Assembly (NCBI GenBank): GCA_963804165.1
Contig: CAWDPO010000006.1
Coordinates: forward strand, 32,001-96,000
From: an uncultured delta proteobacterium
GTDB taxonomy: Bacteria; Desulfobacterota; Binatia; UBA9968
Length of the DNA stretch: 64,000 bases
Reading direction: 5' to 3'
The position numbers and the translations under genes are program-made. Position 1 is the first letter of the stretch, and each line of letters begins with the position of its first letter. Shown here in pieces: positions 1-9,344 of this stretch. The notes below the pieces were generated by a model, which made no database searches, had not been told where the DNA came from, and saw nothing but the letters and a program-made list of their open reading frames with translations.

Positions 1-387
1 GGCGACGACTCCAATCGCGACGGGATCCCCTGGATTCGTCATAACAATAGGGATTTTATCGGTTGCCGGTTTGGCAGCGAGCACCACTGCTGAACCTCCC
101 GCTGCCACAATAATGTCGACCTTCAGACCGACCAATTCCGCCGCCACGCCGGAAAACCGATCGGTCTTCCCTTCCGTATTTCTGTACTCAATGATGATGT
201 TCTTTCCCTCGACGTACCCAAGCTCGCGCAACCCCTGCCGGAATGCCTCGACTTCAGGATCAGTAGGTGATCCACCTCGCATGAAACCTATCGTAGGGAT
301 TTTCCCCGGCTGCTGTGCCTCGGCTACCAGGGAAACAGTAGCTAGAAGGATCGTTGCTAGTAAGCAGAGAACGATTCTTTTATTCAT
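1..387 (-). CDS. ABC transporter substrate-binding protein (ABC_sub_bind type), truncated by window edge
   Basis: Read from ATG at 387: MNKRIVLCLLATILLATVSLVAEAQQPGKIPTIGF...; clear paralog of 438..1415. Confidence 0.85.
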   Translation of the reverse strand, partial: MNKRIVLCLLATILLATVSLVAEAQQPGKIPTIGFMRGGSPTDPEVEAFRQGLRELGYVEGKNIIIEYRNTEGKTDRFSGVAAELVGLKVDIIVAAGGSAVVLAAKPATDKIPIVMTNPGDPVAIGVVA

Positions 388-437
388 GTATTCTCCTAAC
401 CGTTCACTCCGTACTTCTCACGCCTCACGCCTCACGA

Positions 438-1415
438 TCACTTAATCACTTTGTTCGCTCTCGCCAGCACATTCGGCGGTATCGTCAAGCTGATCTGCTT
501 TGCGGCTTTGAGATTGATTACGAACTCAAACTTGGTCGGCTGCTCCACCGGTAGATCGCCAGGCTTGGCGCCTTTCAATATCTTATCCACGTAGACAGCG
601 GTGCGTTGGAACTGGTAATTGCGGTCCGCCCCGTATGAGATCAGGCCGCCGGCGTCGATCCAGTTGGTTGCCTGGTAAATCGCCGGCAGGCGACGCTTTG
701 CAACCAACTCCACGAACTGCTTGCGCTGTTCAGGAGGCGTACTCGCCGGGATGCGCACCACTAGAGCCTGAGCGCGTTCTTTGGTCGCGATTCGAAAAAT
801 GTTTTCGTAGTCCTCGACGCCGCGCACGGGCACTCGTGTCACCTGAACTTTCAACGCGCGCGCGGGACTCTCCGTTTCCTTGATAAACAGGTCTTGGGTT
901 GGACTTCCCGGTGGCGGTCCGGGAACGACGACGCGCGAAAGCTGAGGAATGATTTCCTTGAGTATCTCCAAGAGTTTTCCTCCCAACTCGCCGCTGACAC
1001 TCGAAAGCCCAGTCACATTCCCGCCCGGCCGCGCGATGCTGGCAACGAGCCCCATCCCGACGGGATCGGTGCTGCTGGTCATGACGATGGGAATCGTATT
1101 GGTGGCGTTCTTGGCAGCCGCCGCCGGGCCAGAGCCGTCGGCGACAATGATATCTACCTTCAGACGGATCAGCTCAGCGGTGAGATCGGGCCACCCGGCA
1201 GTTCCCCCTTCCCTTGACCGATACTCGAAGGTGATATTTTTCCCCTTGGCGTAACCAAGATCACCCAACGCTTTCACGAACGCTTCGGGAAGAGCGGAAC
1301 CGCCGCCAGCCAGAAAACCGATCCGGGGAATCTTTCCCGGCTGCTGGGCTTCGGCCCGATCCACGGCAGACAGAATTGCCAAGGCGACTACAAAAGCAGC
1401 GATCGGTTTGTTCAT
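438..1415 (-). CDS. ABC transporter substrate-binding protein (ABC_sub_bind type)
   Basis: Signal peptide; AQQPGKIPRIGFL, DPVGMGLVASIARPGGNVTG and PVEQPTKFEFVINLKAAK family signatures. Confidence 0.9.
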   Translation of the reverse strand: MNKPIAAFVVALAILSAVDRAEAQQPGKIPRIGFLAGGGSALPEAFVKALGDLGYAKGKNITFEYRSREGGTAGWPDLTAELIRLKVDIIVADGSGPAAAAKNATNTIPIVMTSSTDPVGMGLVASIARPGGNVTGLSSVSGELGGKLLEILKEIIPQLSRVVVPGPPPGSPTQDLFIKETESPARALKVQVTRVPVRGVEDYENIFRIATKERAQALVVRIPASTPPEQRKQFVELVAKRRLPAIYQATNWIDAGGLISYGADRNYQFQRTAVYVDKILKGAKPGDLPVEQPTKFEFVINLKAAKQISLTIPPNVLARANKVIK

Positions 1416-1671
1416 GTTTTCTCCAGGCGCGATAACTCGTAACTCCCATGAGCACGAACAATGCCATGACCGAGTCGCCGATCACCCAGACAAGAGCGTT
1501 GAATTCGTAGAGGAATTCCCGGCGGAGGAACCGCGGCCGGCGCGCCGAAGCAAGTTGAGCATGTAGCCGATTTGATACGGGGCGTATCAAATTTGATTCA
1601 TCTGGATTCGATGCGATGCGCATACGACGATTAAAGATCGAGCGAGATCGATGAGTAGCGGCGACATAAAC

Positions 1672-1710
1672 AAAAAAAGGCCCGAGCGGTATGAAACCGT
1701 TCGGGCCCTT
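1672..1710 (-). terminator. Rho-independent terminator hairpin
   Basis: Minus strand AAGGGCCCGAACGGT-TTCAT-ACCGCTCGGGCC followed by a T7 run. Confidence 0.75.
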
Positions 1711-1765
1711 GGATTATCGATCTATGGTGGCAGCCTAAGCAGCGTCAGCCGGTATCTGTGTAGCT
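1672..1765 (-). ncRNA. Candidate small RNA or attenuator leader
   Basis: Short interval with no ORF-track entry, between a minus-strand TTGACA (1797-1792) with weak -10 and a strong terminator; I recognise no known family. Confidence 0.35.
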
Positions 1766-1880
1766 ACCTTATCCCACGGGCGTGAAACATCTGTCAATCG
1801 CAACCAATCGCTCTGAGTGTATTCGTGTGAACGCTATCACGTCGTCAGCTTATGCATTTCAGCATTCACCGTCGATTCGC

Positions 1881-1909
1881 TTGACAGTCCTACGGCGCTG
1901 AAATATCTC
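1881..1909 (+). promoter_or_regulatory. Sigma70-like promoter for thiolase operon
   Basis: TTGACA-17 nt-TATCTC, then GAGGA RBS before ATG 1938. Confidence 0.5.
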
Positions 1910-1937
1910 TCGACAAGCAAAGAGAGGAACTCAAACC

Positions 1938-3131
1938 ATGAGCATTCGAGGAAAAACTGCAGTGGTCGGCATCGGTGAGACGCCGACCGATCGGCTCGGT
2001 GGCAAACCCGATGAGCCGCGCAAATCGACGGCGGAATATCTCGCCTGGGCGGCGCGCCTGGCGATGGAGGACGCGGGGCTGACAAAAAAAGATTTTGACG
2101 GCCAAGGGCTCGCAGCCATTTACACGACCAATCACTCTCAACCGTTTTGGCCGGAGGAAGTGGCGGCAATCCTCGGCGTCACGCCGGCGGTTTCGCTCGC
2201 CGGCGGCAACGGCGGCGCCAGCTCCGTGTCGCTCCTCGGCCACGCGGCGGCGGCGATCACGGCCGGCCTGTGTGATCTTGTCCTTGTCATCGCGGCAGCC
2301 TCGCTTTTCGGCGAGCGTGGCGGCCATCGCGGCGCCCACGCCGACACGCGCGACTACGAAATGCCCTTCGGCGTCATGGGACCGAACTGTAAGATCTCTT
2401 TCGTCATGAGCCGCTACATGCATGAGTCGGGCATGACCGAGGAACACTTTGGCAAGATCGCGGTCACGGGACGCTATCATGCGTCGTTGAATCCCAACGC
2501 CTATCTTCGCAAACCCATCACCATCGAAGACTACAGAAAGTCGCGGCTGATCTCCGATCCGATCCGACTGTTGGATTGCGTCCTACCGGCCAACGGCGGC
2601 AAGGCCTACATCATGGCATCGGCGGAACGCGCGAAAAGCATGCGCAAGAAACCGGTCTACTTGCTCGGCTGGGGCGAGTGCAATAACGCGAGCTACGGAC
2701 CGCGCTACCGGGCCAATCCATTAATCACCGGCATCACGCAAGCCGGGAAACGCGCATTCGACATGTCCGGCGTCGCGCGCAAAGATATCCGCTGTTTGAA
2801 TCTCTACGACGACTACATTCCGATCGTGATGATTCAAATCGAAGACCTTGGCTTCTGCGGCAGAAACGACAAGGCATTCTTCGAGAAGACCGACTTCACT
2901 TTCAAAGGCGATTTGCCGATTCAAACCAGCGGCGGCATGATCAACTGCGGCCAGCCATCGACAACGGGCGGCATGCTGCACGTCTTGGAAACGGTGCGGC
3001 AGATCCGCGGCGAAGGCGGCGAGCGTCAAGTGCCGAACATAAAGTTCGGTATCTCGACCGGCGTGGGCGCGGTCAATTACGGTAAAAACTTCGGCTGCAC
3101 CGCCGCGGCGATTCTCGGCAGCGAAGTGTAA
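1938..3131 (+). CDS. Thiolase-fold protein (SCP2/Ltp2-like)
   Basis: AVVGIGET start, SLNPNAY, DPIRLLDC, YDDY, QTSGG and VRQIRGEGGERQV motifs; DUF35 partner downstream. Confidence 0.88.
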   Translation: MSIRGKTAVVGIGETPTDRLGGKPDEPRKSTAEYLAWAARLAMEDAGLTKKDFDGQGLAAIYTTNHSQPFWPEEVAAILGVTPAVSLAGGNGGASSVSLLGHAAAAITAGLCDLVLVIAAASLFGERGGHRGAHADTRDYEMPFGVMGPNCKISFVMSRYMHESGMTEEHFGKIAVTGRYHASLNPNAYLRKPITIEDYRKSRLISDPIRLLDCVLPANGGKAYIMASAERAKSMRKKPVYLLGWGECNNASYGPRYRANPLITGITQAGKRAFDMSGVARKDIRCLNLYDDYIPIVMIQIEDLGFCGRNDKAFFEKTDFTFKGDLPIQTSGGMINCGQPSTTGGMLHVLETVRQIRGEGGERQVPNIKFGISTGVGAVNYGKNFGCTAAAILGSEV

Positions 3132-3148
3132 AGCAATGGGAATATTCC

Positions 3149-3199
3149 CGCAAAGGCGCGAAGGCGCAAAGGTAATGTAGGGGCGACCGGCGGTCGCCC
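3149..3199 (+). repeat. (CGCAAAGG)-like x3 repeat plus GTAG-REP
   Basis: cgcaaagg cgcgaagg cgcaaagg, then GTAGGGGCGACCGGCGGTCGCCC at 3177-3199. Confidence 0.8.
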
Positions 3200-3255
3200 T
3201 GGGTTCGACAGCGTCGATAAATTACTGCAAGCCGCGAATAAGGTAGGAGTATCAC

Positions 3256-3685
3256 ATGGCAGATGACAAATTACCCAAAAAACCACTCCCCGAAATCACT
3301 CCCGTCAACAAGCCGTTTTGGGACGGCGCAAAAGCGCGGCAAACTGATGATGCAAAAATGCCAAGACTGCGGCACCTGGGTATTCTGCCCGCGGCCGGTT
3401 TGCGGCGATTGCGCCAGCGATAAGCTCGAATGGGTGCAGGTCACCGGCAAAGGCAAAATCTTTTGCTTCACGGTGGTTCGCGAAGTCGTCGGCCAGGCGC
3501 TGCGTGGTTTCGCGCCTGATATCCCCTATGTCACGGCTTGGGTCGACTTGGACGACGGCCCGCGCTTCTGCAGCAACGTCATCGGCTGCCCGATCGAAAA
3601 AGTCCATATCGACATGCCGGTAGAAGTCGTCTTCGAAGATAGTGGTGACGGAGTCACGCTGCCGAAGTTTAGGCCGGTGGCTTGA
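3256..3685 (+). CDS. DUF35 Zn-ribbon/OB-fold protein; frameshift near 3330
   Basis: MADDKLPKKPLPEITPVNKPFWDGAK from ATG 3256 joins the CQDC...CGDC OB-fold frame across an A-run. Confidence 0.85.
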
Positions 3686-3714
3686 GCGCCTGGTTTCCAA
3701 CGGCATCGAATATC

Positions 3715-4341
3715 GTAGGATGTGGTGACCGACGGGAACCGCATCGTCATTGACCGAAGGCTTGAGACTCCGATGACAGAATATCGCCGTCCGTTGATGC
3801 CGGGTGCTACTTGGTTTTTTACGGTCAACTTGGCTGAACGAAGAGGGAATCGCCTACTGATCGACAAGCTAGACAAGTTGCGTTCTGCGATTCGCTCGGT
3901 TCAAGTAGACCACCCATTCCGGATTGATGCCGTGGTCATTCTTCCGGAACATCTCCACTGCATCTGGACATTACCGCCGAGAGACGCCGACTTTGCGACG
4001 CGTTGGGGTTTGATTAAGGGGCAATTTTCCCGATACATCGACAAAGGGGAACGAGTCTCACCAAGCAGATCGAAAAGGGGTGAGCGAGGGATATGGCAGC
4101 GGCGCTTCTGGGAGCATCTCATTAGAGATGAGAACGATTTGAGCGCTCACGTAGATTACATCCATTGGAACCCAGTCAAACATGGCTGGGCGCAACACGT
4201 CGCAGATTGGCCACATTCCAGTTTTCATACCTATGTGAAACGCGGGGTTTACACCGCGGATTGGGGAGGAGTAGCGGGTCCCGATCTCGAGGCCGGTGAA
4301 TGACACGAGCGATGCGGTTCCCTCCGGTCACCGCATCCTAC
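3715..4341 (+). mobile_element. REPtron 1: RAYT flanked by inverted REPs
   Basis: GTAGGATGTGGTGACCGACGGGAACCGCATC (3715-3745) and near reverse complement at 4311-4341 bracket the transposase. Confidence 0.85.
3773..4303 (+). CDS. rayT: REP-associated tyrosine transposase (RAYT, HUH Y1)
   Basis: MTEYRR...TWFFTVN, HUH motif EHLHCIW, WQRRFWEH, YIHWNPVKHG, DWPHSSF. Confidence 0.92.
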   Translation: MTEYRRPLMPGATWFFTVNLAERRGNRLLIDKLDKLRSAIRSVQVDHPFRIDAVVILPEHLHCIWTLPPRDADFATRWGLIKGQFSRYIDKGERVSPSRSKRGERGIWQRRFWEHLIRDENDLSAHVDYIHWNPVKHGWAQHVADWPHSSFHTYVKRGVYTADWGGVAGPDLEAGE

Positions 4342-4517
4342 GGGAATTTGCTCTCGATTTGCGCACGCCGCAACAACCGACAGCATTCCATTCAGGTCGT
4401 GTTTCGTGATCAATCCTTCGCGACAGCACGCCGATCACTACGGTGTAAAACCGTTGTAATCGCTCGGATCTCATCATATCTTCACGCGAAACAAACGATT
4501 TCATTCGAGGATCCATT

Positions 4518-5078
4518 GTGAAAAAACTTCTCGGCCTGTTGGTCATGAGCGGCGCGGTTCTGGGCGCGCTTTTTTTTCTCAGTAATCTCGCCCGCACCAG
4601 CGTCGGCGACTCGACTCAAGCGATCACGCTGAAACCAGGGACGGTGATTCAAGAAGGATCGATCGTTTCGGTCGAATACACGCTCACCGACGACGCCGGC
4701 GCCGTAATCGATACCAACGTCGGCAAGGAGCCGCTCACTTTCATCGAAGGGGCGGGACAGATCGTCAAGGGACTCGAACAGGAATTGATCGGCCTCAAAG
4801 TCGGCGACCAGAAAAAGGTGCGGGTGAAGCCGGAAGACGGCTACGGTTTGCCGGATAAGGCCGCGTTTCAAGAAATCCCGCGCGATAAGATCCCTGCCGA
4901 AGGGCAAAAGCCGGGCGCCATGCTGATGAGCAAAGCACCCGACGGCCGGACCATTCCCATGCGCGTGCACGAGGTCAAGGACAAAACCGTCGTCGTGGAC
5001 CTGAATCATCCGCTCGCCGGCAAGACTCTGAACTTCGACGTCAAGATCAAAGACATCAGAGCCGCTGAAGCGAAGTAG
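4518..5078 (+). CDS. SlyD-like FKBP peptidyl-prolyl isomerase with N-terminal hydrophobic segment
   Basis: VSVEYTL, GLEQELIG, PEDGYG, DLNHPLAGKTLNFDV; no His-rich tail. Confidence 0.9.
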   Translation: MKKLLGLLVMSGAVLGALFFLSNLARTSVGDSTQAITLKPGTVIQEGSIVSVEYTLTDDAGAVIDTNVGKEPLTFIEGAGQIVKGLEQELIGLKVGDQKKVRVKPEDGYGLPDKAAFQEIPRDKIPAEGQKPGAMLMSKAPDGRTIPMRVHEVKDKTVVVDLNHPLAGKTLNFDVKIKDIRAAEAK

Positions 5079-5094
5079 ATACCAAACTTATCGT

Positions 5095-5174
5095 TGGAGT
5101 ACTGGAGTGATAGAGTAATGGTTTAATGCTATAGAACCCAACACTCCAGTACACCAGCACTCCAGTACTCCAAT
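5095..5174. repeat. Inverted array of ~8-bp units (GGAGTA.. / ..CACTCCA)
   Basis: ggagtactggagtgatagagtaatgg ... cactccagtacaccagcactccagtactcca; similar element at 29338-29392. Confidence 0.75.
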
Positions 5175-5183
5175 CCCCCTCTC

Positions 5184-6449
5184 ATGCGCCCTAAGTTTTT
5201 CTACGGCTACGTCATTCTCGCCCTTTGCTTCGCCAACATGGTGGTGATGCGCGGCGTCAACGGCGCGTTCGGTGTTTACTATATTGCACTGCTGGAAGAA
5301 TTCGCCTGGTCGCGCAGCGACGGCGCCACGGTGGCATCTGCCAATTTCTTCGTCTATGCCGTCGCCTCGCCGCTGGTCGGGTTGGCCTTCGACCGCTTCG
5401 GGCCGCGGCTGTTGATGCCTCTCGGCGCGTTGTTGGTCGGGGTCGGCCTGGTGCTGTCATCCTTCGCAAGTTCCCTAGCAGGTCTGTACTTTTCTTACGG
5501 CATCATTACTGCCCTCGGCCAAGGAGCTCTCAGTTTCGTCGGTCACAACGCGCTCATTTCTTTCTGGTTCGTGCGCCGGCGCGCCACCGCGATCGGCATC
5601 GCCTCGATGGGACAGGGCGTGGGCGCATTGGTGATGGTGCCGCTGACTCAGCTGCTCATCGATGGAATTGGCTGGCGCTGGACTTTCATTGTAACCGGTA
5701 GCTTGTTGTTGTTCGTCTTGGTTCCGGCAAACGGACTGTTTCAGCGGCGCGCTCCAGAGGACGTCGGACAATATCCTGATGGCGACGATGCGCAGACTGC
5801 GTCGAGTTCCCGCCGTCATTCGGCAAAACACGCCGGCCAGCGTGATTGGACTCTGGGAGAAGCCGCGCGTTCTTTCCCCTTTTGGTGTATCACGGTCGGC
5901 CATCTCGCCCTCGGCACCGCTTTGTTCATGATCAACACCCATGTCATCGCGCATTTCGTTGCCGTCGGCCACGAGAAGTTGGCGGCGTCTTTCTACTTTG
6001 GACTCATGGGCTTTATCCGTATCGGCGCGACGATACTTTGGGGTTCCATCTCAGACCGTCTCGGACGCAGCGCAACGTACGGTGTCGCTACTTTCGTCAC
6101 CGCTCTTGGCGTCGCTTGCATGATCGCCATGACCGCGGGCGCGCCGATCTGGCTCGTGTATCTTACCATTGTGCTTTACGGCGTCGGCCACAGTGCCGGC
6201 AATCCGACCTACGGCGCGGTGATCGGCGACATTTTCTCCGGTCGCAAGATCGGTCTCATCTTCGGTTTTCTGGAAATCAGTTTTGGCCTGGGGAGCGCCT
6301 TCGGTTCGTGGATCGGCGGTTACCTCTTCGATGTCACCGGTACTTACGCCTGGGCCTTCGCCGTCTGCCTACTCTGCTTCGTGATTTCCGGTCTTGCCAT
6401 TCACGCCTGCGTGCGCTGGCACACGCGCGAAATGGGAGCGGGGAATTAG
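5184..6449 (+). CDS. MFS transporter
   Basis: About 12 hydrophobic segments; GLAFDRFGPR and GSISDRLGR motif A. Confidence 0.9.
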   Translation: MRPKFFYGYVILALCFANMVVMRGVNGAFGVYYIALLEEFAWSRSDGATVASANFFVYAVASPLVGLAFDRFGPRLLMPLGALLVGVGLVLSSFASSLAGLYFSYGIITALGQGALSFVGHNALISFWFVRRRATAIGIASMGQGVGALVMVPLTQLLIDGIGWRWTFIVTGSLLLFVLVPANGLFQRRAPEDVGQYPDGDDAQTASSSRRHSAKHAGQRDWTLGEAARSFPFWCITVGHLALGTALFMINTHVIAHFVAVGHEKLAASFYFGLMGFIRIGATILWGSISDRLGRSATYGVATFVTALGVACMIAMTAGAPIWLVYLTIVLYGVGHSAGNPTYGAVIGDIFSGRKIGLIFGFLEISFGLGSAFGSWIGGYLFDVTGTYAWAFAVCLLCFVISGLAIHACVRWHTREMGAGN

Positions 6450-6452
6450 GAT

Positions 6453-6558
6453 GTTCAAGACTTTCAAATCGTTCAAGTAGTTCAAATCGTATGAACGGAG
6501 ATCGCGAAGCAATCGCCTGAACGGAGCAAAGCGGTTGAACGATTGGAAGGTTTTGAAC
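6453..6558. repeat. Inverted TTCAA/TTGAA short-unit array
   Basis: gttcaagactttcaaatcgttcaagtagttcaaatcg ... gttgaacgattggaaggttttgaac. Confidence 0.7.
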
Positions 6559-6587
6559 TAAGAGCCCAATGCGAGTATGAAGAGGTT

Positions 6588-7580
6588 ATGAATTTTTGCC
6601 TGCATGGTTCGGCGCGCACGGTAAACGAAGCGGTGAAGCGCGCCGTTCGCGCCGAAGAGCTCGGCTTTGAAGCGATTTTTTTCGCCGATAGCCAGATGAA
6701 CAACGTCGATCCCTATCAAGCGATGGCGCTGTGCGCCGTCAATACCAAGAGGATTCGCTTCGGCACCGCCGTGACCAACATGGTTTATCGCGATCCGACG
6801 ATCACGGCGAATTCCTTCGCGACGCTGAATGAAATTTCCCAAGGCCGCGCGATTATCGGCATGGGCACGGGCGACGGGCCGGTTTACAGTCTCGGGCGAA
6901 CAGCGACCAAGCTCGTCGATTTCGAGAAGGGTTTGCACGTGATCCGCGATCTTCTTCACGACCGCGGCATCAACGTGCCCAAGAGCAAGGAACGCGCCGG
7001 CGGCAACGTCAAGCTCAAAGCCGGCAAGCGTCTCGTGCCGATCTACATTTCCGCCGAGGGGCCGAAGACGCTGCGGGTCGCCGGGCGCACCTGCGACGGC
7101 GTCATTCTCGGCACCGGTTTCGACGCGCAAGTAACCGCCTGGGCGCGCCGCCGCATCGCCGAAGGCGCGGAAGCGGAAGGGCGAAGCTTGGATGAGATCG
7201 ATATCATGCCCGCCGGCATGATCGTCGTCGACGACGATGGCGACCTCGCCCGCCGGCGCGTGCGCTCGCGCATGGCCAATCGCGCGCATCACAATTTTCG
7301 CTTCACGATGGAAACCGTTCCCGAAGGCGAGGCGGCGGGCGTGCAGCGATTTATGGACAACTTCGATATCTCGAAACCCATAGAAGAGCGCGTCGATCCC
7401 GACTTCGTCACCGACTATCTCCTCGAGCGCTTCACCATCGCCGGCACGCCGCAGGAATGCATCGCCAAAGTGAGACGGCTGGAAGCCGACGGCATCAAGA
7501 GGATTTTGCTCACGCCGCCCAACGCCATTTACGATCAAGTGATGGAGACATGGGGCGAGCGGGTGATTGGCAAGGATTAA
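6588..7580 (+). CDS. LLM-class (luciferase-like, Mer-like) flavin/F420-dependent oxidoreductase
   Basis: RAEELGF, RIRFGTAVTN, GRAIIGMGTGD, GPKTLRVAG, IAGTPQEC; RBS gaggt before ATG 6588. Confidence 0.88.
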   Translation: MNFCLHGSARTVNEAVKRAVRAEELGFEAIFFADSQMNNVDPYQAMALCAVNTKRIRFGTAVTNMVYRDPTITANSFATLNEISQGRAIIGMGTGDGPVYSLGRTATKLVDFEKGLHVIRDLLHDRGINVPKSKERAGGNVKLKAGKRLVPIYISAEGPKTLRVAGRTCDGVILGTGFDAQVTAWARRRIAEGAEAEGRSLDEIDIMPAGMIVVDDDGDLARRRVRSRMANRAHHNFRFTMETVPEGEAAGVQRFMDNFDISKPIEERVDPDFVTDYLLERFTIAGTPQECIAKVRRLEADGIKRILLTPPNAIYDQVMETWGERVIGKD

Positions 7581-7599
7581 CGCTTAGTCATCAGTCGGC

Positions 7600-7743
7600 C
7601 GTTGTCACCAGAGAAAATATGATGGACACGCGATCCTGGATTCTCAATTCGGCAAGAGCGAGAGTAAAATGGCGCGCTTCATGGGCATGCGCCTGCTCGA
7701 CGAACTGCAGCGCGAAGGATTTTTCGAATGCATCGGTAGGTAA
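7600..7743 (+). pseudogene. C-terminal remnant of an NMT1/THI5-like substrate-binding protein
   Basis: ILDSQFGKSESKMARFMGMRLLDELQREGFFECIGR* resembles the C-terminus of that family; no N-terminus; start approximate. Confidence 0.4.
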
Positions 7744-7878
7744 CCATCTAGAATCGAGTTAGTTACTCATTGCCTCGATAGCTCTTATAGCCGCCTCGCT
7801 TCGTTGAGTTCTGAAATCCCAATGATAAGCTATTCAAAATCGCCGATCGAAATGAATCGATTTACAAGAGGGATATAA

Positions 7879-8512
7879 ATGCGCATCAAATTTTTCTCGC
7901 TCTTAACGCTTTTTTCGTTTTGCATCTTTAGCGGGCTTGCCTTTTCCGCGACGGCGGAAAAAACCAAGGATGCCCGCGTCGTAAAAGATGGCTTGATGGT
8001 CAGCTTTGACTACACACTCAAAAGCCCGGACGGAAAATTGATCGAAACCAGCAAAGGCCGGGAGCCGCTAAAATATATTCACGGCCAAAAGATGATGATC
8101 CCGGGTCTGGAAAAGGAAATGACCGGGATGAAAGTCGGCGGTGAAAAACATGTCACAGTCAAGCCCGAGGACGGCTATGGCAAGATCAACCCTAAAGCCG
8201 TTCAGGAAGTTCCCAAGGAAAAACTTCCGCCGAACGCCCTCAAAATCGGCGCGGTGCTGGCGGCGAAAAGCCCGGAAGGAATGGTCGTACCGATGACGGT
8301 CCGCGAGATCAAGGAAAAAACGGTCGTCATGGATTTGAACCATCCCATGGCTGGAAAAACTCTGGTCTTCGACATCAAGATCGTCGACATTCAACCTCCT
8401 CCGCCGCAGCCACGCCGCCGCCAGCCCGCAACGCCGGCGAAACCGGCTACAGCCTGCGCAACCGGCTCCCGCGGCGCCGGCTAAACCGGCGGATCCGGCG
8501 CAAAAAAAATAA
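7879..8512 (+). CDS. SlyD-like FKBP PPIase with signal peptide and Pro/Ala-rich tail (frameshift in tail)
   Basis: Sec-type signal; PEDGYG and DLNHPMAGKTLVFDI; tail continues ...PAAPAKPADPAQKK* to 8512 in another frame. Confidence 0.85.
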
Positions 8513-8530
8513 CTTGCCCGCCGGCTGGCC

Positions 8531-9295
8531 ATGATGATGGACCTGGTAGAATTTGCGGGGCGCCTGCGACGATCTCAAGCCATAGTTTTCTTTACCGGCG
8601 CCGGCATCAGCACGGAATCCGGCGTGCCGGATTTTCGCAGCCCGGGCGGCGTCTGGACGAAATACCAACCGGTACTATTTCAAGATTTCCTCGCCAGCGA
8701 GTCGGCGCGCGTCCAGCATTGGCAGCTCAAGAAAGCGACATACGAGCTTTTCAAGACGGTCCAACCGAATCCCGCCCACGACGCAATTTGCGATTTGGAA
8801 AAACGCGGCCAACTGCTCGGCTTGATCACACAGAATATCGACGGCCTGCACAAGCTCGCCGGAACGTCGGAGACAAAACTCGTCGAGCTTCACGGCACCG
8901 ATCGCCTGGTCACCTGCCTTGAGTGCGGCAAACGTTATAAACCCGCCGACGTCTACGAAAACTTGCCGGAAGACTTTACCGCGCCGACCTGTAACGACTG
9001 CGGCGGATTTTTAAAATCCGCCAACGTCTCGTTCGGCCAGTCGATGCCGGTCGAAGCGATGCAGCGCGCGCAAGCTTGGAGCGAGCAAGCGGAGATCTTC
9101 ATCGTCGTCGGTTCGTCCCTGCAAGTGCAACCCGCCGCTAGTTTCCCGGTCATTGCGAAACGAAGCGGCGCGCTCCTGGCCATCGTCAACCGTGACCCGA
9201 CACCGCTCGACGATCTGGCGGATTTTGTTCATAATGGCGCCATCGGCGAGTTTTTTCAGCGGCTCACGCCTTTGGTTGGCGCCGTTTCGACCTGA
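8531..9295 (+). CDS. cobB: Sir2-family NAD-dependent protein deacylase
   Basis: GAGISTESGVPDFR, TQNIDGLH, ELHG, two CxxC pairs, GSSLQVQPAA. Confidence 0.92.
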   Translation: MMMDLVEFAGRLRRSQAIVFFTGAGISTESGVPDFRSPGGVWTKYQPVLFQDFLASESARVQHWQLKKATYELFKTVQPNPAHDAICDLEKRGQLLGLITQNIDGLHKLAGTSETKLVELHGTDRLVTCLECGKRYKPADVYENLPEDFTAPTCNDCGGFLKSANVSFGQSMPVEAMQRAQAWSEQAEIFIVVGSSLQVQPAASFPVIAKRSGALLAIVNRDPTPLDDLADFVHNGAIGEFFQRLTPLVGAVST

Positions 9296-9344
9296 CGTCG
9301 TATTCCGAGCGGATGCTCGTCCAAACCCTTAAACCTGGATAGCG

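Noticed and set aside
1261-1623. 120-aa ORF overlapping the SBP start
   Set aside because: Overlaps the SBP gene out of frame; at most a remnant with a hydrophobic stretch that I cannot assign.
3773-4303. IS605/TnpB RNA-guided element
   Set aside because: No tnpB follows either Y1 transposase; GTAG-REP flanks indicate RAYT.
8531-9295. Sir2 protein as an anti-phage NADase (Thoeris/DSR)
   Set aside because: Single-domain CobB-type with Zn-finger Cys pairs in a housekeeping context.
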